Assembly (NCBI GenBank): GCA_965216565.1
Contig: OZ244170.1
Location: 4,640,001-4,704,000 of the forward strand
Direction: 5' to 3'
DNA length: 64,000 bases
From: Bythopirellula sp.
Lineage (GTDB): Bacteria > Planctomycetota > Planctomycetia > Pirellulales > Lacipirellulaceae
The translations under genes were made by a program, and so were the position numbers. Below the pieces are notes generated by a model. That model was not told where the DNA came from. It did not search any database and worked only from the letters and a program-made list of their open reading frames with translations. Shown piece after piece: positions 1 through 8,697 of this stretch (position 1 is the stretch's first letter; the number at the start of each line of letters is the position of its first letter).

Positions 1-1130
1 GTCCAAGCCAACGCTTCATTGCGCCAATAGAACAACCTGCACGTGCCCCATACTCAGTCGCCCCAAGATGGCGAAGAGAGTAAAAGCCTCCCATACTTTC
101 ACAGTCGTCTCCTAGCTTGACTCGCAATTTCGTCCACCACAGACAAACCGAATCACAATTGCCATGGACAAGAGGCATGCCCTGTTCCGTGAGGAATAAC
201 TACTTGCTTTCACTCCGATTTGATTCACGAAGATAATCTTGAATAGCCCGCCAGACCATCGGGCGAGTTTCGCCATATCGCTCAATACCAGTCTTGCCCC
301 GTCTCAGGTCGTAGCTATTCTTATCGAATTGCTTGATACGTACTTGGGCGAGTTCACGTTGGCCAAAACCACTGCCGATTGCCATCCAGACTATTTACAG
401 TACGTTGCGAATCGCAATGCTGAAGGACAATTTTAAGCTGAGTCAGTGTCGGGGAGCTTTCGCCGTTTGGCAGGCTTTCCATGGCTCACATCGCGTGACA
501 TCCAGTTCCATGAAAGCAAATGGCTTCCATGTTCCGGACGTCCTGCCCGGTCGATAATTGCTTTCACGAGACGAAGACGCTTGTTGACTTGTGAAGAAGA
601 ATAGTCTACTGTCACCAGCAATCGATTGAAGGCCTCAACATCTTGCATGGTAAAGTCTGCCAGCATCATCCTTGCAACAGCACCTTGTCCGTAGCGATAA
701 TTCAAGAACTGAAGAAACTCCTGTGCGAACTGCTTTCTGGTTTCAAAGGTCTTGCGAGTAATGGTCCCTTTTCGGCGAACTCCGTCATTGGCCCCAACCC
801 TTGTTTCTTCGTAGTTCAGAAAACCGGTTATGATATGTACAAGATTTCCTTCGATTCCTTCTGCCGTTACGTCGCTTGCTTCGGTTTTGCAAGTCGAGCT
901 TTCTTCGAGATGACTTCGTCTTGCTGGACGGCGTTTCGCCATGCAAGTGAACTGCTATCCATTCGTGGTAGTCTGCATCAGCCGCTTCACGGCTAGTCAT
1001 CCCAAAACCGATGACGGCGTGGTGTGCCTGTATTTGGGGCACGATTGACACATGCCAGCCGATGTTGCGGGTCTCCGTGTATCTCAGTTGCAGCACTTGG
1101 TTCTTGCGGCATTTTGCGGGTATGAGTAAA
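1..1130 (-). pseudogene. Frameshifted tyrosine recombinase/integrase, paralog of 3792-5054; C-terminus runs off the window edge
   Basis: ORF fragments 993-1241, 785-1096, 433-942 and 200-385 each match consecutive parts of the intact integrase (RNIGWHVS, GTPRRHRF, KAIIDRAGRPEHG, GFGQREL, RRGKTG.ERYGET). Past an in-frame TAG at 200-202 the frame continues GGFYSLRHLGATEYGAR...KRWLG. Start position approximate. Confidence 0.85.
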
Positions 1131-1184
1131 ATTTGTTGTCAGGTAGTTTTTGGAATGACTTGCGGTGGAATTGCTGGCTAGCAA

Positions 1185-1240
1185 TGTAGTGTCCTGCGGG
1201 AATTGTGGTGCAGAATTCTCAAGAACTGTAGTGCAAGACA
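1185..1240. promoter_or_regulatory. TGTRGTG(CA) direct repeats upstream of integrase 1, putative arm-type binding sites
   Basis: tgtagtg at 1185, tgtggtgcag at 1204, tgtagtgcaagaca at 1227; same motif upstream of integrase 2. Confidence 0.5.
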
Positions 1241-1255
1241 TCAGAAAAACCCTTT

Positions 1256-1294
1256 GTCCACGTAGCTCAACTGGATAGAGTGTCGGCCTCCGAA
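1256..1294 (+). pseudogene. 5' half of tRNA-Arg(CCG), truncated at the end of the anticodon loop (att-type remnant)
   Basis: gtccacg-ta-gctc-aactggata-gagt-g-tcggc-ctCCGaa gives acceptor 5' strand, D-arm and anticodon loop; no 3' stem or TTCG T-arm follows. Confidence 0.8.
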
Positions 1295-1358
1295 AGTGCT
1301 GTTCCGCTGATGCAGTCAGTGAAACTTCTCAACGCAATCTAACTACAAGGAATATCGA

Positions 1359-2288
1359 ATGCCTAAGTTTCTCTCACAATCGATTGTTACTAATTGTCTT
1401 GTCTTTGCCGCCTCATACGCCGTGTGTGCCGAAGAAACTTATACACAGCATAAAAATGTTGTCTATGGCGAAGTCCATGGAATTGGCCTCGTGATGGACA
1501 TTTTCACGCCTATAGGCAACAAAAACGGGTTGGGAGTTATCGACATAGCCAGCGGAGCTATGCACTCCGATCGAGGAAAGATTAACGACCACAAGAAGGG
1601 GGGATTCTTCGACGTTATGTGCGGACAGGGCTATACAGTCTACGCCCTACGTCCCGGATCGGCTACCAAATTCAGTGCTTCCGATATGCTCGACAATATC
1701 GGGAAAGGAATCGCTTGGATCATCAATCACTCGAAGGAGTACAATATCGACCCTGACCGATTGGGACTGATGGGAGCCTCGGCGGGTGGTTACTTGGCTT
1801 GCATGACGGCAGTCACCGCAAAAGAAGACAGCCCTGCCACTCACATCAAAGCGGTTGGAGTTTTTTTCCCGGCTACCGACCTGATGAGAATCGGGCCGAT
1901 CAAGATCGACGTCCGATCTGACGGCATGTTTGCAAAGACAGTTCGGCAGCTACTATTTCCAGAAGGTTTAGGTGATTTGGATGACGAAGCTATCGAAAGT
2001 AGGATCACACAATACTCACCCACCCAACTCGTCACGTCGAAATCACCACCATTTCTATTCATTCACGGTGATGCCGACATTATGGTGCCACTACAACAGT
2101 CGAAGGTTATGGTAGAGGCACTAAAGAATGCTGACGTTCACGCAGAATTGATCGTCAAAAAAGAGGGCGGGCACCCCTGGCCATCTATCTCCGAAGAAGT
2201 CCAGGTAATGGCAGATTGGTTCGACAAGACCTTGTCAACAGTGGCAGTTCAGGTCGATTCAGATTCTGCCTTGAAGAGTGGGAAATGA
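1359..2288 (+). CDS. Secreted alpha/beta hydrolase (esterase/lipase-like)
   Basis: Signal-like N-terminus, GASAGG nucleophile elbow, IHGDADIMVP, GGH. Confidence 0.85.
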   Translation: MPKFLSQSIVTNCLVFAASYAVCAEETYTQHKNVVYGEVHGIGLVMDIFTPIGNKNGLGVIDIASGAMHSDRGKINDHKKGGFFDVMCGQGYTVYALRPGSATKFSASDMLDNIGKGIAWIINHSKEYNIDPDRLGLMGASAGGYLACMTAVTAKEDSPATHIKAVGVFFPATDLMRIGPIKIDVRSDGMFAKTVRQLLFPEGLGDLDDEAIESRITQYSPTQLVTSKSPPFLFIHGDADIMVPLQQSKVMVEALKNADVHAELIVKKEGGHPWPSISEEVQVMADWFDKTLSTVAVQVDSDSALKSGK

Positions 2289-2390
2289 GAAGCAGAGGTA
2301 TTACATTATTAACTAGAGATGGGGATTTACTACCTAACCGACCAAAGCAATGACAAGCAACGTGATAGTCCCCCTTCAATTGGCAAGGCA

Positions 2391-3158
2391 ATGTCAACTC
2401 AAGATCGCAAACAACGTCAGATTAAGAACCGAGAACGACTGATTCTCGATATTGCAAAGCGTCATCTTTTGGAGCATGGATACACTGCACTTAGCATGGA
2501 CCACATCGCTGAGGAAATGGAGTACTCTAAGGGCACGATTTACACCCATTTCAAGAGCAAAGAAGATATTCTGATGTCGCTTGCTGGAGAACTGGTTCGT
2601 AAACGACACCAACTGTTCCTTCGAGCGACAGGTTACAGTGAAAATTCACGCGAACGCATCTTTGCAGTAGGGATCGCATCCGTCCTGTTCGCACAGCTTC
2701 ACCCATGTTATTTTCGCATAGAAAGTCTACTTCGGGACGCATCACTGATTCGAAAAGTCACTCCCCAGCACCAAGCAGCCTACGAATGTGAAGAATTGCT
2801 ATGTGTCAAACTTACAGAGACAATCATTCGTAATGCCATCTCAACTGGAGATCTCACTTTACGCAAGAGTCACTCTGTACGTAGCATTGCATTTGGATTC
2901 TGGTCATTGACCGTCGGTGGCCTCAGTCATATCGTTACAGATGGACCTCAATTATTTGATGAAGTAGGTGACGCTTACACAGCAGTGATTCAAAACTGCC
3001 AGACCTATCTGGACGGCTTATTATGGCATCCCTTGTCAGATGAATGGGATTCCTCAGCTTTTGCTGCCCTCGTGTGTCAGGAAGTATTCCCTGATGAATA
3101 TCGCTGCTCTAACTGGCAGATCAATACAAGGCATCTGGCGTCACGTACGTCAACTTAG
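2391..3158 (+). CDS. TetR/AcrR family regulator
   Basis: ILDIAKRHLLEHGY...IAEEMEYSKGTIYTHFKSKEDIL HTH; start placed at MSTQ. Confidence 0.9.
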   Translation: MSTQDRKQRQIKNRERLILDIAKRHLLEHGYTALSMDHIAEEMEYSKGTIYTHFKSKEDILMSLAGELVRKRHQLFLRATGYSENSRERIFAVGIASVLFAQLHPCYFRIESLLRDASLIRKVTPQHQAAYECEELLCVKLTETIIRNAISTGDLTLRKSHSVRSIAFGFWSLTVGGLSHIVTDGPQLFDEVGDAYTAVIQNCQTYLDGLLWHPLSDEWDSSAFAALVCQEVFPDEYRCSNWQINTRHLASRTST

Positions 3159-3336
3159 ATTACGTCGAACTGTTTCAGTAACTCGAATTAGCAGACTCGA
3201 CGTTTGAGAGTCGCAGTTTGACCAAATTCGACCTTAGAGCGTACACTAGCGTGTAGTAGGCTTGCATCCGGGCCTGGTGGTCGCCGTTCGGCGTCGGATG
3301 TTTAGCGTTGAAGGCACTCTTTGTTGTGGAGGGCTC

Positions 3337-3588
3337 ATGGCCGCCGCCGGGTGCCAAAAGCAACCGGTTCGCTGGCTTACGGTAGAGGACATTCGGAAAC
3401 AACAACGCATGCGTCGTCAGGTCGTAGTCAAAGCCATGCTCTCGGGAGAACTCCCCTATGAGCAGCGTGGTCGTATCCGCTACGCCCGAGTATCCGACGT
3501 TGAGGCGTGGGAGAAATCACGGCTACATAGCCGCGTTCAAACTCCTGGAACCTTCTTGGTTCATCCGGACCTCGCCGAGTTCACCTAA
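3337..3588 (+). CDS. Small basic winged-helix protein, excisionase/RDF-like
   Basis: GGAGG RBS before ATG 3337; WLTVEDI...SGELP...GRIRY.RVSDVEAW pattern; next to integrase. Confidence 0.65.
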   Translation: MAAAGCQKQPVRWLTVEDIRKQQRMRRQVVVKAMLSGELPYEQRGRIRYARVSDVEAWEKSRLHSRVQTPGTFLVHPDLAEFT

Positions 3589-3669
3589 GTCGGCCTCGCC
3601 GAGTCGGGCGGCCCAACCAGGCCGCTCGGCCCGGCATTTCATCTCTAATCGGGTGTTCAAATGCATCCG

Positions 3670-3697
3670 TTGTGATTATGCAGGACGACGATAAAAT
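3670..3697 (+). promoter_or_regulatory. Possible sigma-70 promoter for tRNA-Gly
   Basis: ttgtga-N16-taaaat ending 14 nt before the tRNA. Confidence 0.35.
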
Positions 3698-3710
3698 AGA
3701 ATCTGTCCAA

Positions 3711-3781
3711 GCGGGTGTAGCTCAATGGCAGAGCGTTTGGTTCCCAACCAAGATACGAGGGTTCGATTCCCTTCACCCGCT
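3711..3781 (+). tRNA. tRNA-Gly(CCC), CCA not encoded
   Basis: Full cloverleaf: gcgggtg/cacccgc, gctc/gagc, tttgg-ttCCCaa-ccaag, gaggg-ttcgatt-ccctt, discriminator T. Confidence 0.92.
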
Positions 3782-3791
3782 CTCTATGCAA

Positions 3792-5054
3792 TTATGTTTT
3801 GTCTTTGTCTGGAAAGTCTGCATTGCCGGAACGGAGGGCATTACCAATCCATTCTATAACTTCGCGATTCTCGGGCGATATGGGTTTCATGTAGACATCC
3901 GCCATGTCTGAACTTGCAGAATGCCCTAACCAGCGTTTCACTTCGCTAATGGAGCATCCTGGCCTTGCCCCAAATTCAGTTGCCCCAAGATGACGAAGCG
4001 TATAGAAGCCACCCATACCCTTACAGGCCTTACCCTTCCGTTTGAGAAGCTTCGACCACCATTGAGTGACCGAGTCTGCGTGCTCATGCACAATTGCCAT
4101 TCCTTTCACCGTGCGAAACAGCAATTCGCCTTTAGCTCGCTTCGTCTGCTTTATGTAATCTTGCATTACCTTCCAAACCAAGGGCGGAGTCTCGCCATAT
4201 CGCTCAACACCCGTCTTACCCCTTCTTAGGTCGTAGCCCTTCTTATCGAACTGGCCAACTCGAATGGCGGCCAGGTCGCGTTGCCCAAATCCGCAGCCAA
4301 TCGCGGTCCAAACCATCGCTGTCTCGCGTGGACCACATTCTCCTAAAACGAGCTGTAGTTGTTTGAGAGTCGGAAGCTTTCGCTTCTTGGCTGGTTTGCC
4401 GTGAAGAACGTCTCGCGAACTCCAATTCCAACCTAGCACCTGCCCACCGTGCTCAGGCCGCCCCGCACGGTCGATAATCGCCTTCATGAATTGCAATCGC
4501 TTCGTGACCTGTGACGAGGAATAACCGGCCTCAAATATCGCTCGATTGTACGCCTCCACGTCATCCAATCCGAGATGGTCCAGCATCATCCGACCAATGG
4601 CTCCTTGCCCATGTCGAATGTTGAGGAATTCGAGTATTTCTTGAGCATAGACCTTTCGCTGGTCGTACACGGCTCGGGTAATACTTCCCTGACGACGGCC
4701 CTCTCCATTGCCCCGAACACGCGACTCCTCATAGCGGAGAAGCCCTGACGTAATGTGCAATAGGCTGCCTTCTAGAATCTCAGCCGTAACCCCTTCGGCA
4801 CTTGGTTTGGCCGCTATCGAATGAAGGTCAAGCTTCTTTCGCCGCTTTAGCTTGACGCTTGGCGTTTGACCGCAAAGATGGGCCGCGACCCACTCGTGGT
4901 ACGCCTTTTCCGCTTCTTGAAGACTGACCATTCCGAAGCGGTGTTTTCGCGGCGTACCCGTCACTGGGTCACGAAAGGAGACGTGCCAACCAATGTTGCG
5001 ACTCTTGGTGTACTTGAGGGTCGGAACGCGTGGTTTACGTTGGTTGCTTGGCAT
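3792..5054 (-). CDS. Tyrosine recombinase / phage-type integrase
   Basis: RRGKTG (Lys), FYTLRHLGAT, WLGH and DVY motifs; flanked by tRNA sequences; start placed at MPSN (ORF open to 5099). Confidence 0.9.
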   Translation of the reverse strand: MPSNQRKPRVPTLKYTKSRNIGWHVSFRDPVTGTPRKHRFGMVSLQEAEKAYHEWVAAHLCGQTPSVKLKRRKKLDLHSIAAKPSAEGVTAEILEGSLLHITSGLLRYEESRVRGNGEGRRQGSITRAVYDQRKVYAQEILEFLNIRHGQGAIGRMMLDHLGLDDVEAYNRAIFEAGYSSSQVTKRLQFMKAIIDRAGRPEHGGQVLGWNWSSRDVLHGKPAKKRKLPTLKQLQLVLGECGPRETAMVWTAIGCGFGQRDLAAIRVGQFDKKGYDLRRGKTGVERYGETPPLVWKVMQDYIKQTKRAKGELLFRTVKGMAIVHEHADSVTQWWSKLLKRKGKACKGMGGFYTLRHLGATEFGARPGCSISEVKRWLGHSASSDMADVYMKPISPENREVIEWIGNALRSGNADFPDKDKT

Positions 5055-5103
5055 GGCTGGGGCCTTACAATACGTGCATTGAAGTTGCCTTAGATACACG
5101 AAT

Positions 5104-5136
5104 TGTAGTGCAAGACACCCCAGAAATGTAGTGCAG
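5104..5136. promoter_or_regulatory. TGTAGTGCA direct repeats, putative arm-type sites
   Basis: tgtagtgcaagaca at 5104 and tgtagtgcag at 5127, 23 bp apart like the 1204/1227 pair. Confidence 0.5.
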
Positions 5137-5177
5137 AGACCGCTAAACTACGGGAATTAGTGGTGTTCAGCATCGGC

Positions 5178-5221
5178 TTCCCAAGCTTTAGGCGAGGGTT
5201 CGATTCCCTTCACCCGCTCTC
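5178..5221 (+). mobile_element. att site: 3' half of a tRNA-Gly(CCC)
   Basis: ttcccaa-gcttt-aggc-gagggttcgattcccttcacccgctctc; 5193-5221 is identical to 3756-3784 (29 bp). Confidence 0.85.
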
Positions 5222-5313
5222 ACTTTCTCGCCGTAGGCCTAGCCGATTGTCGTGGAGAGTATGCGTTCGGTGTTTCACGCTTTGGGATGCAAGCTAAAAA
5301 GCGAAGCGCTATT

Positions 5314-5394
5314 TGCCCCCTCTCCCCGGTTACAGAGAAGTTGAACTCGACTGACTAAGATTACATCAACCACGCTTCGGGGGAGAGGGGGCAT
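5314..5394. repeat. REP-like inverted repeat
   Basis: gccccctctccccg ... gggggagagggggc; related copy at 49301. Confidence 0.6.
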
Positions 5395-5435
5395 ATGACG
5401 CTGCGCGTCGGAGAAACCCCCATATGAAGTGAACC

Positions 5436-5546
5436 GTTCGTAGGGTGTGCCATAGCAACGCGGCGGCACACCGAAGGGGATGATGTCAAATTCTCACTCT
5501 AGGTGGGCCTAAAGGCACCACCCTGCGGCAGTCAATTCAAAGTTGC
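5436..5546 (+). repeat. 111-bp REPIN-like dispersed repeat, copy 1
   Basis: GTAG followed by ggtgtgcc...ggcacacc palindrome; closely similar to 49467-49577. Confidence 0.8.
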
Positions 5547-5606
5547 TTCAGATTCATAGTCCTAAGCAACGTTATCGAGCCAGCGCAAAGAATATTTTCA
5601 TCCGCA

Positions 5607-6008
5607 CTAGTTGCGTCGCGGACGTTCCGTCAGCATCTCGGAATTCGACCGGAAGGTAATTCCCTGCAAGAACTTTGAGGCGATAATGCCGTTGTTGGCA
5701 AAGGCTCCATCCACCACCACTTCTACCTGCTGGGTATTCTCATCTAGCACGGCTGGGTTGACGGTCACGTTGAAGGAACGGGCTCCCACAATTTGCATGA
5801 TGCGAGTCGCTTCGGCTACGGCTTCGTCGGCCGTTGAACCGGGCACGATGGCCACGCGGACCGCTTCGTAGGCAGCATTGTCGGCAGTATGCCGAATGAC
5901 CACTTGCCAGCCAAACTCGAAGACAGTCAGGAGTACCAGAATGAAGACGGGCGCCGCGAATGCAAATTCTACGGCGGCGACTCCACGACGTTTCTTTGAG
6001 AATATCAT
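5607..6008 (-). CDS. TadE/TadG family pseudopilin
   Basis: RRGVAAVEFA prepilin motif, hydrophobic helix, AAYEAVR. Confidence 0.9.
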   Translation of the reverse strand: MIFSKKRRGVAAVEFAFAAPVFILVLLTVFEFGWQVVIRHTADNAAYEAVRVAIVPGSTADEAVAEATRIMQIVGARSFNVTVNPAVLDENTQQVEVVVDGAFANNGIIASKFLQGITFRSNSEMLTERPRRN

Positions 6009-6032
6009 TGTCTTATTTGATCCAAATGGAAT

Positions 6033-7250
6033 CTAGTTGGTGAGCATCACGGGTAGCGAACGCGCGATTTCTCGAAAGGCTTCGGCCAAGTCGTTTTCGT
6101 TGTCGGCATGACGATGGGTACCGCCAGTGATTCGAGCTACATCCTGCATCAACGATTGATTGGCACCGCGGCTAAAGGTAATGGTGTGTACCACAATTCC
6201 GTCCGTTGCCGCTTGCTGAGCGATGACGTCAGGGCTGGTGCCTCGGTTGTGGACGCCGTCGGTCATCAGCACAACAGTCGGAAATGCGAAGGGTCGTGCA
6301 CCGGGACCTTTGACAGCCTGCAAGCCAGCAGCAAGCCCCGAGCCGATGGCCGTACTTCCACCGATGCCTTGTTGCAGCATCGAGTCGATAGGACCGCGTA
6401 ACGCCGCGGCGTTGGCTGAGAGATTGCTGTGAATCGACGCCTGCGGGAAGGTGATAAAGTGACTTGTCGCTCCGCGACAGCGGGTCGAAGTTTGCGAACA
6501 GGGTTGAGGCCCGCCGGGACAACATCGACAGCGAATGTTGACGGGGCTGCTATACGAGGCCAGGCAAATCAGCTCGTCTTGCGGGGTGGCATTCAGCTCG
6601 TCGATAAAGGCGTCGACCGCACGCGAAAGAGCGGCAAACCGGGTGTCGTTGGCGAGCGGGCCACAGGGCTCTAGTGTTCCGTTGTTGGTGCTGTTTACTG
6701 GTTGGGTCATCGAACCGGAGCGGTCGATCACCACACAAATGTCGCGATCCAGGTTCGTGGCAGTGGCCGGGAGACGATAGTCTTGCACGGGTATGCCTGC
6801 TAGTCGCCCGAACAAACCGATCACAGGATCGTTCGCTGTAATATTGCCATCGACCTGCACAGAGTTGATCTGAGTGCCGCCGGGGCTGAATTGAAATCGG
6901 CTCAGTGGACCGCCTTGCTGACGCGATTCGCCAAGGGTGATGTTCGCGGCATCTAAGACTAGGCCATTGCCAGCAACATTATTCCGCGACGCGGCATCGA
7001 TCGCTGCGTTGATCGCAGAGGCTTGCGACTGATCGAGCGACAGCCGCTTGGCTCCTGCCCGAGCAGCAAAGTCTGTCGCGGTTCGTAGCTCGCTGCGGAG
7101 CAACTGAGCTTTGGCGATATACAGCCCAAAGCCAGCGATCAGCAGGATAATGGGAAGCAGTACGCAAAACAGCACCAGGATTGCTCCCTGACGATGCGTC
7201 GCAAATCTGAAATTCGAAAACAATTGATTTCGTTGTTTATTGGTGTTCAT
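6033..7250 (-). CDS. TadG-like protein with VWA domain
   Basis: RQGAILVL N-terminus, MIDAS DRSGS, LMTDG. Confidence 0.9.
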   Translation of the reverse strand: MNTNKQRNQLFSNFRFATHRQGAILVLFCVLLPIILLIAGFGLYIAKAQLLRSELRTATDFAARAGAKRLSLDQSQASAINAAIDAASRNNVAGNGLVLDAANITLGESRQQGGPLSRFQFSPGGTQINSVQVDGNITANDPVIGLFGRLAGIPVQDYRLPATATNLDRDICVVIDRSGSMTQPVNSTNNGTLEPCGPLANDTRFAALSRAVDAFIDELNATPQDELICLASYSSPVNIRCRCCPGGPQPCSQTSTRCRGATSHFITFPQASIHSNLSANAAALRGPIDSMLQQGIGGSTAIGSGLAAGLQAVKGPGARPFAFPTVVLMTDGVHNRGTSPDVIAQQAATDGIVVHTITFSRGANQSLMQDVARITGGTHRHADNENDLAEAFREIARSLPVMLTN

Positions 7251-7310
7251 TAGTTTTTGCTCAAGTTACTTTTGCTTGAATTGCGAAAGTGGATCGATGG
7301 GCTATCAGGA

Positions 7311-7730
7311 TTAACGGGACTCTGTTTCTTTCATGGCGACAGCTTGTGAATCGAGGGTGATCCCCGCGAATTGCTGAAAGATTCCGATCGTGTTGGGAGC
7401 TGCTGGTGCCGTGACCTGGACGGTGAAAAAATCTCCGATGTTGACGGCAGCCAGATTCGCAGGCGTCACGGTAATCTGCGCCCCGGTGATCCGTCGCTGG
7501 TCAAGAATTGCTTGGGCCGCAGCGGTTGCATCCGCGGCAGTTGCAGCAGGTTGAACAGCTCGGTGAGCACCTTCGTAGGCCGCAATGGTGAGCGCCTGCT
7601 TGGCGAATATCAGTGTGGCCAGTTCGATTACGCTGATGGAGATCAGCAGCAGAACGGGCAGGCAGACGGCCAGTTCCGTGATGGCAATGCCGCGTCGCCG
7701 CTGATTTTGTCGGGTTCTTTTAAATCTCAT
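7311..7730 (-). CDS. TadE/TadG family pseudopilin
   Basis: RRGIAITELAVCLP, AAYEGAH. Confidence 0.9.
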   Translation of the reverse strand: MRFKRTRQNQRRRGIAITELAVCLPVLLLISISVIELATLIFAKQALTIAAYEGAHRAVQPAATAADATAAAQAILDQRRITGAQITVTPANLAAVNIGDFFTVQVTAPAAPNTIGIFQQFAGITLDSQAVAMKETESR

Positions 7731-7796
7731 TATCGATATCTCTCAATTCGGTGGGGAGATTCAAGGGGTGAGCCAAGTTTGCTAATCGCAAGGATC

Positions 7797-8318
7797 TCAG
7801 TGGGCTGCTTGGGGTTCTTCCGTCGTTTCTGAAGCGACTTTGGAATCCGTTTCGGCTGCCGGCGATTTCGCTTTCGAGAAGATTTTTTCAGCTTCTCGAT
7901 ACTGATTCACCATGTGCACCAGCGAATTGAGATCTTCGACCAACGCGGCATGGGTATCGTCCTCGCGAACTTGAAGTGGCTCGAGTGGCTGATTCTCCTC
8001 TGCGTTCTGGAGCATGTCGCGAATTCGGTAGACGGGGCCGAAAATGCGATGAGACAGCTTGAGATAGTCGTAAACAAACACAGGCAGAAACGCCGCGAGT
8101 GTGAGCAGAATTGGCACAAACGAGCGGAATGCACTGCTTACGTTGGCGCTAAACCCTGCGAACGGGTCCATGCATACCTGCACAAGGAAGGAAACGAAGC
8201 CTGCTCCGGCAATAAAGATGAACCAGTGAGCGGTGCATCTCCAGATGATGGCCCCTTGGGCCTTCTTGTCGACGAGCAGCGATTTGCGAGCGGACTGAGT
8301 ATTCGTGTTCATGGCCAA
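7797..8318 (-). CDS. Hypothetical two-TM membrane protein
   Basis: Two hydrophobic helices, then SHRIFGPVYR (HAMP-like); GAGG RBS. Confidence 0.7.
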   Translation of the reverse strand: MAMNTNTQSARKSLLVDKKAQGAIIWRCTAHWFIFIAGAGFVSFLVQVCMDPFAGFSANVSSAFRSFVPILLTLAAFLPVFVYDYLKLSHRIFGPVYRIRDMLQNAEENQPLEPLQVREDDTHAALVEDLNSLVHMVNQYREAEKIFSKAKSPAAETDSKVASETTEEPQAAH

Positions 8319-8697
8319 TTCCTCTGAACAAACAATAGAGATAGATTTCAGACTTTACTGGAACGTAGCTTACGTGCGTGCCCCGGGCTGGTCCGAATGC
8401 TTGAGGGCGGGGAGAGAATGAGCCAATTCCCATTCGTTCACCAAGCTTTCGTGGGATTGTGACGGCTGTAGGAGATGGCAGGGTACCCCGCGTGGCGACT
8501 GCGCAAATCGGAGGAACGACTTTGGAATTAGGCGATCTGAGGCTGAGACAGCGTTTTTTGTCGAAAATTCTGGACAAAACGCATCTCACCAATTTGATTC
8601 CCGGGCGACTTAAAATAGACTTAAGGACAAGAGGGCGCTGAAGTTGCTCCGTTAGGAGAGGCTTCAGCCATTTCGTTTAACTAGAGGGGAGAACCAT

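Noticed and set aside
1308..1326. ctgatg...gaaac after the Arg half-tRNA as a hammerhead ribozyme or tRNA intron
   Set aside because: The core is CTGATGC, not CTGATGA; the required stems are absent; no matching 3' exon was seen.
1256..5221. The two half-tRNAs as one split or trans-spliced tRNA
   Set aside because: Acceptor strands and anticodons do not match.
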